Shown in pieces: positions 10,800-23,860 of a stretch of 64,000 nucleotides of DNA. Position 1 is the first letter of the stretch. Each line of letters opens with the position of its first letter. Both the position numbers and the translations under genes were made by a program. The notes under the pieces are model-generated. The model was not told where the DNA came from. It was given only the letters and a program-made list of their open reading frames with translations, and searched no databases. Origin of the DNA: Adineta ricciae (taxonomy: Eukaryota); the NCBI GenBank assembly GCA_905250025.1, contig CAJNOJ010000203.1:64001-128000 (forward strand), given 5' to 3'.

Positions 10800-12944
10800 T
10801 TATATAGAATCATAATGAAGAAAAGAAGCAAGCCCAAGAAAGTTCTCTGCAGCCGTAGTTGGTGACGATGAGGAAGATGAAGAAGGTGAAAGCGGTGGTG
10901 GTTCAGGAGCTGGATTTGTGTTTACAATTGGTCCGTTAATAGCAGGTGATGGTAAAACAGATGCTGGGTCAGGATTTGGACGTTTATTGACGATTGCTTG
11001 GTTATTGGCAATAATTAACGGTTCTGCATATGGACGTCTGTCTACAACTGGCTGTTCAGTTGCAGTTGTTGGTGGAATTGATGGTGGTTCTGCAAACAAG
11101 CACTTACGTACGATTGGTTGTTCGACGGTAATAGTTGGCCGAAATGGTAATTGTTCAGGAGTTGACTGTTTCTTTACTATCGCTTCTTCCGTACTAATAA
11201 TCCACGGAAGCGGTCGTGGTTGTGGACTTATACGTCTATGTATCATTGATTCTTGATTCGTTGTAATAGATGCTGGCTCAGGGGACAGACGTTGACTTAC
11301 AGCTCGTTGTGTAGTAGCACTAGTTGATGAAACTGGTGGAAGCATAGGAAATTGGCGATTTGTTGCCATTGGTTGCTCACTAGCAACAACGGATGGCATT
11401 ACTGGAGGATCAGGCGACAGAAGTTTATGTACAACTCGCTGTTCGATGATATCACTTCGTGGATCTGGTAAGAATTCTATATATGAACGTCTATTCAGAA
11501 TCGGTTGTTCAACAGTTATACCTGATGAAAGTGGTACTGGCTGAGAGTGTGAAGATCTGTTTACGACTGGATGTTCACTGATAGTAATTGATGGAATGGA
11601 ACATGGTTGAGGAGGCGGACGTTTAGTCACGTTTTGTTGTCTCACAGCGGGAGCTAATGGAACTGATAGTAATTCAGGGGTTGGATGTTTTTCTATGATT
11701 TCTGGTTCAGTAGTGTGGATTGATGAAACTGCGGAGAGGGCGGTAAGTTGATGTTTTACGGCCACTGGCTGTTCTCTAATAATCACTGGTGGCATTGATA
11801 ATGGTTCGGCAGCAGGACGTTTGTGCATGAGTTCCGGTTCTCTAACAGTAGCTGATAGGACTGAGGCTGATTCAGGGTCTAAGTGTTTCTTTACAGTTTG
11901 CTGCTCAGTAGTAGCAGTTGATGAGGCTGGAAGCACACCAGAAGATTCTCGTTTTGTTGGCATTGCTTGCTCTTTAGTGGTCACCACTGGTATTACGGAT
12001 GGCTCTGGACATGACTGTTTATTCATTACTGGCGATTTCACGGTAGCAGCTGGTTCAATCAGTAACGATTCAGGACACAAATGTTTTTCCACAGTTTGTT
12101 GTTCAGTGGCGATAGTAGATGGAACCAGAGATGGTCCAGGAACTTGGTGTTCAGCAGCCAGTGGTTGCTCGATATATGGCGCTGAGGATGTAGGATGATA
12201 TGAACGTTCTTTCAATGTTTCTTGTTCAACAGGAACGGCTGATGAAATCGATAGCGGTTTTGCACACGACTGTCCACTTATTAGTGGTAGTTCAGGACTG
12301 ATAATTGTCGACGCCGGTAAAGGTTCAGTATGTAGTCGTTTTCTGGGAGTAGGCTGTTCTACAGAGGTGATTGAAGAAGTTGGGAATGATTCTTCACGTG
12401 GTCGCTTGTTGGAACTTGGTTGTCTAATAGAAGCAGTTGATGGCTCAGGAGATGAATGTTTCTTCACATCTGATTGTTCAGCAATGGTAGTTGTCAGACC
12501 TGACGTTGGCATGAGAGGCGGATGTTTCTTTGTGATCGATTGCTCAGCGATGGAAGTTGATGGCACCGGCGATTTTGGCAAACACGTATGGTCGCTTACA
12601 GTCGGTTCTTCAAAAGAAGCGCTAGATTTGACCGCCGATTTTTCTTCACATGAGCGTTTATTTACATCTGACTTTTCAATGGTGGAAATGGCCAATAAGG
12701 TTTCATTTGCCGGTGGCTGTTTGGTTGTGGTAGAAGATGAAGCGAGTGATGTCTCAGAAGACTCGCCTTTATTGGTCACTGATTGTTCCGTCGTCCTAGT
12801 CGAAGGAAGCGGTTCTGGTTTGGGAGCTGGACGTTTATCGGCAGTGGATTGATCGGTGGTAACGGCTGACGAAATAGGTGATCGTTCGGAATCTATTCGC
12901 TTGCTCGCAGGCGGCTGTTCAACAATTGTAGTCGGCCTTTTCTA
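10800..12944 (-). CDS. Mucin-like Pro/Thr/Ser-rich repeat protein (degenerate ~30-aa repeats)
   Basis: A 659-aa ORF continues upstream to an acceptor at about 12944. Repeats are of the form (S/T)…EQP.V.K(H/R)..PEP…, as expected of a heavily O-glycosylated PTS domain. More 5' exons probably lie upstream. Confidence 0.55.
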
Positions 12945-13141
12945 AATGGTGAAGGAAACGTGACTATGAACTCATATATTCCAATTGGCGTCGAAAGTAC
13001 TCAGACTATACGAATAGAATTTATCTTTATGGCTTCGCTAATCCTTTCAGTCATGTGAATTACTTTCGACTTCTGTTTCTTCGGCGTATAGATCAAGGTC
13101 AAGTTTTCCGCTTTTGGATTTTCCGGTAAATGGCTGGAGAA

Positions 13142-16100
13142 CTAAATAAAACACGAATATAACCATACACGACAAATACAACTCAGCTTCACTTTTAGAA
13201 TCGGCCGATAACGTTGAAAAGTCGACTCGACTAACTCATCCAATCGTGAATTGTGATAAAATTCAGGATAGTTTCTGATCAAATTATACAAGTGAATAGA
13301 TGTTTCGAATAGAATCGGTATTGAGACACTATTTGGATCACTTTCATCCATCGAGGCAAGGATTTTCAAACCCTCACGTTCGATGTCATCCCGCGTTTTA
13401 CTTGTCACCTACAATACCATCGAGAAATCGAACGAAACTCTCAACAAGAAAGCGAACCTTTTTCTTCACAGTTCGAACGAAATTTTTAATGATATGTTGA
13501 CACAACATCTTCCTTTCTACTTCACGAACATATTTCCTATATAAAAACAGATCATATTTCACTACTCGAAAGTTGTTTTCATTTCGACGAATTACTTGTC
13601 TGGATCTGGCTTTGCCAGTAATTGTCGTAATACTTCCAGCAGGATACCAAAGTTCTCCTCGAAGCGGAGAAGCAGATCAACAAATAATCGAGTTGATTTG
13701 TACATCGATGCATTGAATGAACCCGTACGGTCAGCGTCCAATGGTTGAATTCGCCATATACCCTACATCGATGGTCATTGTTCATTTGCTCTAGCTCAAT
13801 ACTTATCAACTTACATTGAAAAGATTATGTTTCGAACGTTCTTGATACAAGCCAATAACTCTCGGATAATTCTTCAATTCGAGTACACTTCCGCCAAGAA
13901 AGAACTCCAGACTAAGTCGATCGTTTCGATAGTATTCGTTTGTATGGAAAAAATGCGCAAGACGATAAAGCGCACGATAATGACGATTGTATCGAGCGAT
14001 GCAAATATAGAGACCTTCGACGCATAACCAAATGCACTTGTGGTACAAGGTCAGCCACGGGTCGGTAGCCTGATCTGGAAAATATGCAAACATGGCAATG
14101 GAATTACTATTTACAACGAGTTAAACCTTGTTGAGCAGGAAAATATTGCGCGCTGATCAGCTGATTCGAATGAGCGTCGTTCGGACTAAAATTTATGAGA
14201 CACGTCCATCGTTGTCGAAAGAGAAAACGACTTACATAGTTGACTTTTCATAGTAGCTCGTAGCGAATGCTTTTGTTTGCATCTCGACCAGGAACTCATG
14301 CAATTCATTCAGTTTTTCGATGGTAAAATCAACTGTTTCTTTATTATGACGATTCAAATATTTGAGAGTCGATGCATGAATTCGGTAGAACATCTATAAT
14401 GGACACGTAGTGGAACAATTTCATTACGAAAACAAAAGGACTTCATACTTCAACAGCATGGCAACCGAGTAAAGTGCCCTTAGAATTCGATGTCGATGTG
14501 TGATGACCGAGTTTACGTGGGTAGACTGCTTTATTTTCATGTAGAAGATCGAGAGCCTAAAAAAATGATGTGCTTGCCGAGAACATAAACATTCGTTTCC
14601 ATCGTACCGAAGCATATTTCTTCAATGCATGGAGTAATTTACTTCGATGGAGTTTCTCTTCGATCTTCGCCATCATATACAGGTGAGTCCAATCTTCTTT
14701 GTTGTCATCGTTATCCGTGCACAAATTCGCTTTTTCGTACGCCTCTTTGCATATGTTCAATAAAAACGATCGCTCGGGGACGTATTCCGCTGCTTTTTCT
14801 CTCTGAAAGGAGAAGATTTCGAAAGCAAAGAAGAAATCAATGCATTCGTACGTATTTCGAGCAATAGGATTGCAAAATGTATGTAATTTCAGCATATTCC
14901 ATCCATAGAGTATGATTATTACTTTCAACAGAGACCGCTTGTCGGAAATAGCACGACGCTGACATGTGAACATTGAAGATTCGCGCATCGAAATCATCAG
15001 CCTGAAAAAAATATTTTCATATTTCCAACTCTTTCTTCAACACTCACCGTGATTAGTTCTTCGATCTTAGCAAATTCAATCACAGTCAAACCAGCCCACG
15101 AATCAAACCGTTTTGTATTCATACAAAGATCTTTGATATAGTATTCTTGTGCTTTTCTATGTGATTGAAAAACGTGTTTGATGGAGCGAAGCTCTTGTTT
15201 AGTTACTTGTTTGATGATTCATTCGATACTGCATCTTTCGAACCCATTTTCAGATGATAATCAGCGAAGAGATAATATAGATCTTTTTCGAATAAACTAA
15301 AACCAAGAAGTAGAAGCTCGAAGGAGTGAAGAATAGTTTCGTTTACGCATTATTTGCTGTAAATGGCTTGTCGGATAGATGTAATAGTTCTTCGCTTTGT
15401 TTGCCTTGATTATTGATCGATGTGGCATCGGACACATACGATATCAGGAGCTTTCTTCGGCGTTCACGCTCGTCATCCCATTCGATCATTGATTCAAATC
15501 TTTGAAAAAGACTTTCCGTCTAAAAAGCGACGAATCATCGTTTTCCGGTGCATTCACACAAGTTTTCTCATACTTCGTTCGTTACTGTGCAAGTACGACC
15601 TTCATAACCGGGCAGTTGTCTTGGTCGCAAGGCATAAAACACAATACTCGCTTTTTCCAATGTTAGCTCAAGCTAAGCTTCCGATTCAAATGACTGATTT
15701 CGTGCAGAAATTCTTTCTTACCGATCGACAGTTGTGATCGTCCAAGTACTTCATCTTGGATTTACGTAGGACCAGACCGTATAGACAATAGATACACTGT
15801 TCAATTTCATCCATCACCTTTGAGAATCTATTCTTTTGTTCGTCGCCGTCTTCTAGTGACTTCGAGTCGATGTTTTGTTTCGAAAATAAAATCTTTCGAA
15901 TGTCGGGATGTTCAATTTGAATAAGTTCGAGGAGGAAATATTCCAGCAGAATACCCTTTTCGATCAAACACACTTCATGTCTATGAATAGGCACGGAACG
16001 GTCACGGAAATGTTTATAAGAAAACCGACATACTTTCCGAATAGTTCGTGGATCGTTCGTACGAATGAGACGATGAACTGTTCGGTCTTCTTCGAATCGC

Positions 16101-19100
16101 GTCTAACACGAGAAACCTCAGAGAAAGAAAGAATAACACTCGCAAAACGTACTTCATTGTAACACGATACAGAAGTATCCAAGGATTCGTTGATTTGAAT
16201 GGCCAAACATTCTCTCCTGAGCAATCTCGTTTCATGATTGAGTCAATTAAGTTCAATGTTAACTTTTCAACTGTTTTCAATGATACATCTCGCCATGGAG
16301 AATCTTCATTCAGTATTCTAAAAGTGAGAAACGATTGGAATTCGTTCACGCTCGAATTGCTCGTTCTTTACTTGATCATCATATCGATGACTTCGATGAG
16401 TATTTGATCGAATATCTTGCGAACATTGAGATTATCTTTGTCATTCAAGTGTTGGTTTTCGTTGAGAACACTGATCAATGTTTCGTAACATTTAGTTAAC
16501 GATTTCTGTTGTAATTGGCGTTGAGTGCATAGATTGGCATAGAACAACTTGATTTTCTTTTCTAATTTCTTGATCAAAGAAACTAATTCGTCTTTCTCAT
16601 CAGCGACAGCGATGCGAGAGAGAATGTAAGTTAGTTCTTGCGACGATGAAGAATTCGAAGATGTGGAACTGCTGTTCTTCAAACGAAGGCAAAGTGCTTC
16701 AATCGTACCTAAAGCAACACATGGAAATCCGTTCGATTGACAACGAACCATCTCACTTACTCTTCGAAATCGTCGCGTGATTGAAGAGATTTGGCAGGAC
16801 AATGGTGAAGTCTTCGGGCAAGATACGTTGTAGTTGATAAACGCAAGCTAATGCGTCTTCTTGAACATCGGATAAGAAATAATACAACGACGAAATCCAG
16901 AGAACTAGACATGAATAAATAGAACAAAACAGAGTGTTGGAAATGAAGATATTCACTCCGATAAAACATTTCATTGATTTCAAATTGGCTTTGTTGAATC
17001 GAGCTGTTCTTGAAGAGATACAAGAAGAATTGCAAGCGTGCGAAACAATATCCGAGGAATTTATATTTGACTTTTAACCGAGCGAAACAGCTGAATCTAA
17101 AGAAAAGATTCCCGTTCGAGAACAAAACAAACTGATCGAAACGTACCGTTCGATAGAATCTTCGGATAGATCAGATTTCGCTGATCCGAGCGCATTTTCG
17201 ACGTAGCACACACAAGCACGAAGGTGATTCGGTTCGATTTCAGCTACAAATCAAATGGCATACTAATGTAGATTCGACGTGAGTGCCTACTGGTCGGGTA
17301 TTGAATGTGATCAAGAAGACAATCGAAGAGTTTCGTGAAAATCACGCGCATTTCAGTTGACCTACGAGAAATTTCGAGAACTTGTGTAGGAGAATGTATT
17401 CAAGAGAAAACAACCGACCATAGCGTTGACGAATGTTTTGTGAGTTCATTGACGTATTTACAGATGAAATCGAGATAGTGGAACTGATGTCCAGATTTGA
17501 TTGTGTCGTCGATGAGTTGAATGAATGACTTGTATTCGATGGTGAGTGAAGGAAATGTTTCTTTTGGCACATCAGAAGGTAGCGCTAGAGCGAACTCTGT
17601 GAATGAAAATGAGCTGTGAAATTCTCTTGCGATCGGTAACTAACCTTCATCGAGATTATCAGGCGAAATCAGCGTTTCATCTGCTTCTTCATCAGAACTA
17701 GAGAACAAAACAACGACAACATGGAAATACGATCAAAATGCAATACCTATCATCCTTATTTGCAAGAAGTCGTTTTAGTTTGTCTACTGTGCTGACATTA
17801 TTTTCATCGGATATCATCCGAGTGACCTAAAACGTGGATTTACAAAAAAAGCACACAAACGATTTCATTCAACTAACACTTCGTGCGGATCGCCGTTTTT
17901 CGTAGTCATCAAGGTTGAGCGGCAACTGTGAACGCTTTTTCCGCTGGTTTGGTACCGGTGGTGGTGGCGGTGGCGGCTGTTCCTCAGATACCACTGCTTC
18001 TTGTTCCATCGGTTCAGGTTGCGGTGCTTCAACTACGACTGGTTTTTTTGGTAAGAAATTCTTGATCTCAATTAGTTTACAGAGTTTCTACAACATAATC
18101 TTTTATTCTTTTCATGACGAACTTCGCTTTACCGTATTATCATTGCTTGATTCTCGTATCTTTTTCGTTAAGTATTGACCTAACTCTTGAAAACTATGCA
18201 CAAACATATCGCTTTATCGAGTAATTCCCAAGATGTTCATTACTTTTCGATACTTGGGCTTTCATCAACACTTTTCCTCTCGACGATTCGATTGTTTCTA
18301 TTGAATAGTTTCTCTTTAAACTTCGCAATGTTTACTTCCAACTCTTGGATTCTCTTCGGAAGATCATCGTCGTGCACAATATATTCAATTTCATTTTTGA
18401 ACATCTTTTCAATCAAGACTTTCATCGACGGCTGTTTCTTCTCGAGTAGCACCAAACACAATTGACCTAAGTCGTATACCGACTGAGAGGTGGCAACACG
18501 ATCATATCCGATACGAATATATTCCAGACATTCTAAAATCGAATTCAAAGCAATTCACTCGACCGAGCAGATCCTACTTGAAAAATTGCCGAGAATGTAA
18601 TAGAAGTAAATGAGTTGTTCCAAACATTTCCAATGAATATGCTCGTGACTGATTTCAATTGTCTACGGAAAGACTATGGGTAACAAACAGCTCAGTCTTA
18701 ATGAATTACTTTCTCTAAGCATATTTTCACTTGATAGATGTCGGATAATTCAAGATAGCACATGCCCATTTCATAGTAGATCGTCGAGACGCGATTGTTG
18801 ATCGCATTCGCCTGAAAATAAACAGTCGATGTGCGAAAGAGACCAACAAAAGAACGAACGTTGTCAAAACAGCGGATCGCTTTCTGATAAGAACCTAATT
18901 TCCGATACCAAATGCCACATTCCGTGAGAACAGTCCATTTGAGATTGATCCTTGATCGTTCGTTTTCATGATTGTGATTGACGACTGTCTTCTCGATGCA
19001 TTCGAGTTTAAGGATGCGTTCAAGTAGTTCGACTTTCTTTTCACCGTCGATCGTGTTTTCATTTTTGACTTGTAAATATTCGCCGTATAAGTCGAGCGCT

Positions 19101-19300
19101 TGTGCTACCTAAAGAACTGCTCTACAGCGAATAAATCGATTGGTTTTGACGCTATGCATACTTGGTCCTTATCGTGTTCGATAGCGTTAAATAAATCATC
19201 AAGTTGAATTTCACCTCGACTAGCATCAATAATCATCGTGCTCGAAGTAAATCGAAACAAAGAATTATCAACTGTCAATGATAAATAGATCAATGGTTGT
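13142..19300 (-). CDS. CABIN1: CABIN1/HIR3 homologue (calcineurin-binding protein cabin-1-like), many exons
   Basis: Exon peptides match conserved CABIN1 blocks as I recall the human sequence. EIEQCIYCLYGLVLRKSKMKYLDDHNC (15686-15994) matches [60 protein letters not shown] (13806-14093) matches [33 protein letters not shown]. The N-terminal exons (18700-19100) are TPR-like. Extent and exon structure are approximate. Confidence 0.55.
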
Positions 19301-19607
19301 GCTCAACAACAAATAAGAAACGGGAGAAATGTTCACAAGTAGTGTCATCTATGATTCGATATGAAAAGACAGAAATAGCACATTTTTGCAATATTTTCGA
19401 ATGAAATCAATTAAGTGGGTCAACATGAATGATATAGAGTGACACGTGTTATACTTCTCAAAAGATTTCGAACTATTACACTGAAACAACGTAGGCGCCA
19501 GGCAAGTTAGAGATGAAAAAACGTATTTTCTAGTACTTAACAGTATTGGCGCGGAGGATCGACTGGCGATGTTCTCATCATGTATCAGCGATTGAAACGA
19601 GCGAAGA

Positions 19608-19615
19608 TATAAAAG
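19608..19615 (+). promoter_or_regulatory. TATA box (TATAAAAG) about 70 nt upstream of the ATG of the 19685 gene
   Basis: The sequence gaagaTATAAAAGctgtg is seen directly. It is at the same position relative to the ATG as in the paralog. Confidence 0.4.
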
Positions 19616-19684
19616 CTGTGCGAAATTGCTGAGTATCCTCATTGATACCTAATCCTTTTCGTTTGTTGGAAGAAATCAAGTACA

Positions 19685-20480
19685 ATGAAAGCTGCTCTCG
19701 CTGTCATCTTCGTTGCTTGTCTCACTGGCTCAATGGCTTCGGATGCTCAAAGCCGATTCATTGACCAACTTGTCCAACAAGGACAGAACATTGCTCAAAC
19801 CATCATGGGTCAACTTCAAACGAACATTATTGGCTTTGTTCAACAGGCTGCTAGCAATCTCGAGCCACTGAACGCTTTTATCGAAAGTCAACCGTTCTTA
19901 AACAATATTGTTGAACAAATCAAACCTCAGATCGCTGGACCCATCAACACCGTCCTTGCTCAAATCATCAGTGGACTCGGTGGTCTCATTGGTGGTACGT
20001 ACTTTTGAGTATTCTTTCAACAAGATGTTATTTCGTAACATAAACTAGGCCGTGCCAGCCTCGATCTTGGTGCCATCTTCAACGACTTCCTTCAACAAAT
20101 CACCACCCCACTTCTTGGTATTGGTCAACACCTTCTCAATCAAGGCTTAGGTGCCGTTCTTGGTGGAATCGCTGGATCACGTGGCTTCTCTGACATCTTC
20201 GCTTGTGAGTTTCAACACATCCACCAACATCGAACACAATACTTTCGTTATTTTCGTTCTAGCACTCCAACAACAAATCGCAGGTGCCGTCACTGTTGCT
20301 CAAAGTGCTCTCTCAGGTGCTCTTGGTAGCCTCTCAGCTCTTGGCTCAAACATCCTCGATGCCTCAAAACCACACTGGGAACAACTTCAAGAACAACTCG
20401 TTGGTCACGGCCTCAACGTTCTTGGATCAATCTCAGAAACCATCAACAACGTCCACGGTTCAATTGTCGGCCGAAAATAA
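19685..20480 (+). CDS. Secreted Gln/Leu/Gly-rich low-complexity protein, paralog 2 (3 exons: 19685-19994, 20049-20204, 20263-20480)
   Basis: Signal peptide MKAALAVIFVACLTGSMA. It has the same 3-exon structure and intron phases as the 7587 gene. Exon 3 and the end of exon 2 are almost identical at nucleotide level to paralog 1. AATAAA at about 20520. Confidence 0.7.
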
Positions 20481-20731
20481 ATACATCTTTGGCATGTAAT
20501 TTCTTGAAAATTCCATTTTAAATAAATAAAATTCAAAAAATCCTAAGGGATCAATCCTTTTTTCAGTATGTCGATCAGTTAGATTTGACAATGACACATC
20601 TAAGACGGTTTTTTCTCTAATCTCTTCGAATAAAAGTAAAATAAAAATAAGTTCGTTATCATCTATGTCATTGTTTGTCAATATTAGCTAAGAAACGAAT
20701 AGGGCATATATTCTTTGTCACTCTCCACAAA

Positions 20732-22372
20732 ATGTCGTTTTATCAACTAGCTATCTGGGTTACTTCAGTGCTTTTTGCTCAATGCGTAATCATACATACT
20801 CCAAATGGCGATATTTTCGGAACAACATCCGGTAATGTTGTTGATACTTACCTAGGTATTCGCTATGGTGAAATTTCAACACGTTGGTCACTAGCGCGTC
20901 TACCTCAGCCATGGGCTGGTATTATTAACGCTACACAATTCGGTTCTATTTGTCATCAATCAGGCCCGTTTAAGCTACCAGTACCAACACCAGAAAGTGA
21001 AGATTGTTTGTTCCTGAATATTTGGGTGCCAAAGAATGGTAGTCAGCCATTACCAGTTCGTGTTTGGCTGCACGGTGGTGGATACACAGCAGGTTCAAGT
21101 AATGATTATGACAGTGGGAATCTTGCTGTATTTTCTCAGTCAATAATCATTACTTTGAATTATCGTCTTGGAGTATTTGGTTTTTTCCCATTACCAAATG
21201 TTCGTCCTCGTAATTTGGGTTGGATTGACCAACAGCTAGCTTTGCAATGGATTCAAGAAAATATCCCGTCGTTTGGTGGTGATAAAACAAATATTATGCT
21301 CTTCGGTCAATCAGCAGGTGGAGGCTCCTCTATTGCTCATCTTCTGATGGAGTCCAGTTGGTCATTGTATTCGTCTGTTGTATTACAGTCATCTGGACCT
21401 TTCCGATTAGCCAATTGTGTGGAAAGTGAAGAGATCAATTGGAGAATTCTGAACACTACTTTTCCTGAATGTCAGTCAAACTTATCTTGTTTTCAGCAAT
21501 TGAACGGATCGCGATTCTACGAAGAATTGAAAATCAATTGGGCAACGTTGTGGCCGTGTATCGGTGAAACGTCTCAGTTATCTGATCAACCATTGACATT
21601 AATTCGCAAAGGATTATTCAACAAAAAGGCAAATGTTCTCGGTGGATTCAATTCTAACGAAGGTGAAAGTGCCACATTCATATTCAATAGTAATGATATG
21701 TCCGTTTCATCGGCTAGATATCAACAGTTAGCCGAAGAGTTTCAAGTGCCGCAAGAGTTAGTTAAACGATATGATCCGTCGGCAACTGATCGGAATTATT
21801 TTAAAGCGTTCAGCTGGTTAATCGGTGATTATTTATCACACTGTGCAAATATTTATCTCTTCAATCATCTTACAAAATTGTCTCCAGCTTCTCTTTATGC
21901 TTATTTCTTCATTCATCCCACGGAAAACTGGGCCTTTTCACCATTAAATTTCAATGCCACGCACATCACCGAGATTCCCTACGTATTTCATAATCAATTC
22001 GCACTAGCTGCACTAACACCACCCGAAGCCACCTTATCCTTACAAATGATTAAATATTTTACATTATTTCATCTCTCCGAACAACCGTGGCCATCTTATA
22101 AATCCAATCAAACGGTATTTATATTCGATGTTGGAAACAATACTCGAAACACTCGGCGCGGTTTCGAACAGTCGTTTCTCGACCGATGTCAATTCGTGTT
22201 GAAATATCTCGACGATGGTGATTGTCAGGCGTACTTAACGGAACAAGATTGCTTACAACTAGATACTTGCCAATGGGTAGATAGTCATTGTGGTGTAAAG
22301 CCGACGGCTTCTGCTTCGCAACATCGTTTCCCCAGTTTTTTGTTCGTTTTTGTTTTCTTATTTTTATTATAA
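20732..22372 (+). CDS. Type-B carboxylesterase/cholinesterase-family protein, secreted, intronless
   Basis: EDCLFLNIWVP matches the family motif EDCLYLNVW. The nucleophile elbow reads FGGDKTNIMLFGQSAGGGS (G-x-S-x-G). Conserved cysteines are present. An N-terminal hydrophobic signal follows M at 20732 (the ORF opens at 20675). 1.7 kb with no intron. Confidence 0.8.
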   Translation: MSFYQLAIWVTSVLFAQCVIIHTPNGDIFGTTSGNVVDTYLGIRYGEISTRWSLARLPQPWAGIINATQFGSICHQSGPFKLPVPTPESEDCLFLNIWVPKNGSQPLPVRVWLHGGGYTAGSSNDYDSGNLAVFSQSIIITLNYRLGVFGFFPLPNVRPRNLGWIDQQLALQWIQENIPSFGGDKTNIMLFGQSAGGGSSIAHLLMESSWSLYSSVVLQSSGPFRLANCVESEEINWRILNTTFPECQSNLSCFQQLNGSRFYEELKINWATLWPCIGETSQLSDQPLTLIRKGLFNKKANVLGGFNSNEGESATFIFNSNDMSVSSARYQQLAEEFQVPQELVKRYDPSATDRNYFKAFSWLIGDYLSHCANIYLFNHLTKLSPASLYAYFFIHPTENWAFSPLNFNATHITEIPYVFHNQFALAALTPPEATLSLQMIKYFTLFHLSEQPWPSYKSNQTVFIFDVGNNTRNTRRGFEQSFLDRCQFVLKYLDDGDCQAYLTEQDCLQLDTCQWVDSHCGVKPTASASQHRFPSFLFVFVFLFLL

Positions 22373-22556
22373 ACGCTAGATGGAGTTGACCACCGTCACT
22401 CAGCTCAGCGAGATATATTTAGTCCAATAGCATTACAGATCATGCGTCATATATACACATACACGACACACAATACGAAGCACAAAAACGTGGCATTTCT
22501 TTTCGCTTTATTTATAACTAACTAAACTTCGTAGTGTTTAAGATAAGGAGAAGATC

Positions 22557-23663
22557 ATGTTTAATTTAAATTTTTCGGCTAAAATTAAAGAGGCAGAAGA
22601 GCATGTCAAAGAAGGTGAAAAACATCTGAAGACATCGTTTTTGAAATGGAAACCTGATTTGGATTCTGCCATTGACGAATTCGATAAAGCCTGCACATGT
22701 TATCGCGTCGCAGAAAAGTACGAACAGTGTCGAGACCTATCGATTCGATTAGCTGAACTACAATGTCAAAAAGGTAATTTCTAATTTCTTGTTGAGTCAA
22801 AACAGAACGTCTCGATTTAGGAACTCCATTTTTTGCTGCAAAGTCGTTTGAACAAGCGGCCCAGATGACTCAACAGTTACAAGATTTACCAGCCGCTGTG
22901 AAATACTTTGACCGGGCAGGACAGTTGTATACGGAAGGAGGTCAGGATCCTACTTTAGTTACGGTTTCGCATTGATTTCGTGAGCTTTTAGGTTATCGTG
23001 ATTCGGCTGCAATACTGTATGAACGCTGTGCACCGCAGTTTCAGCAACTCGATCGTGCTATTTCCATAGATTTCTATTTGAAAGCGGCACGTTTAGCAGA
23101 GCAAGAAGAAAAGACCTTCCAAGCGGCTGACTTGTACGAAAAAGCTGCTATGCAAGCTGTTCGAACTGGTAATTTCAAACAAACAGCACAATTACTGGAA
23201 ACAGTGACGAATGTTCTGTCCAAAATGGATCGATTCGATCGTATTAATCGCGTTGTACTCTACAGAATATTACTGAAATTATTCGATGATGACAGTGTCG
23301 CTGCTCGGAATATTTTCGATCAAGCTTGTCAAACTTATCCATCGTTCGATCAATGGGAAGAACGTGATCATATTGAATTATTACTTGAAGCATTCGACCA
23401 AGAAGATAAAGACTTAATTAGTCAACGCTGTCAAGTAAGGCAATGGTTATTTCATGTACAGTATGATCCTTTTTCTTGTACAATAGAAACCTTATTTTAT
23501 GTCGATCGAACCAGAATTCGTTCGTTTGATTAAACGATGGATACGACCGACAACTAATAACCCTGATCAACAACGTACTACTACTACGATGACTGCAGCT
23601 CCGACATCTACAAGTGCAACTAAACCAATTCAGCTGGACGATGACGAAGATGATTTACGTTAA
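22557..23663 (+). CDS. NAPG: Gamma-soluble NSF attachment protein (gamma-SNAP), multi-exon
   Basis: Exon 1 AKIKEAEEHVKEGEKHLKTSFLKWKPDLDSAIDEFDKA matches gamma-SNAP EGLEHLAKAEKYLKTGFLKWKPDYDSAASEYGKA. Downstream exons are TPR-like helical and end in an acidic tail …LDDDEDDLR*. Introns are gtaatt/gtaagg…ag. Confidence 0.7.
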
Positions 23664-23722
23664 AGTAGAAAAATATCTTCTTTTGACTATTTCATCATCT
23701 TTTATATTTGTATTTGATATGC

Positions 23723-23740
23723 ATATATATATATATATAT
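23723..23740. repeat. (AT)9 microsatellite
   Basis: atatatatatatatatat seen directly in the 3' flank of the gamma-SNAP gene. Confidence 0.9.
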
Positions 23741-23860
23741 GAATCGTATTCTGATACATACACGTGTGAGAAACTGAATAAATTTGAATTTTAGATAAAC
23801 AAGCGTTTCAATTACCAATGCCACACCAGTTAATACTCCACTGATATTGCTGAGCCACAG

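Noticed and set aside
10918-12852. Long plus-strand ORFs (112, 125 and 161 aa) antisense to the mucin-like gene
   Set aside because: They are Gly/Cys/Ser-rich translations of the reverse complement of a Pro/Thr/Ser-coding repeat. Open frames on the opposite strand of low-complexity repeats are expected artefacts. They have no start context, splice signals or recognisable domains.
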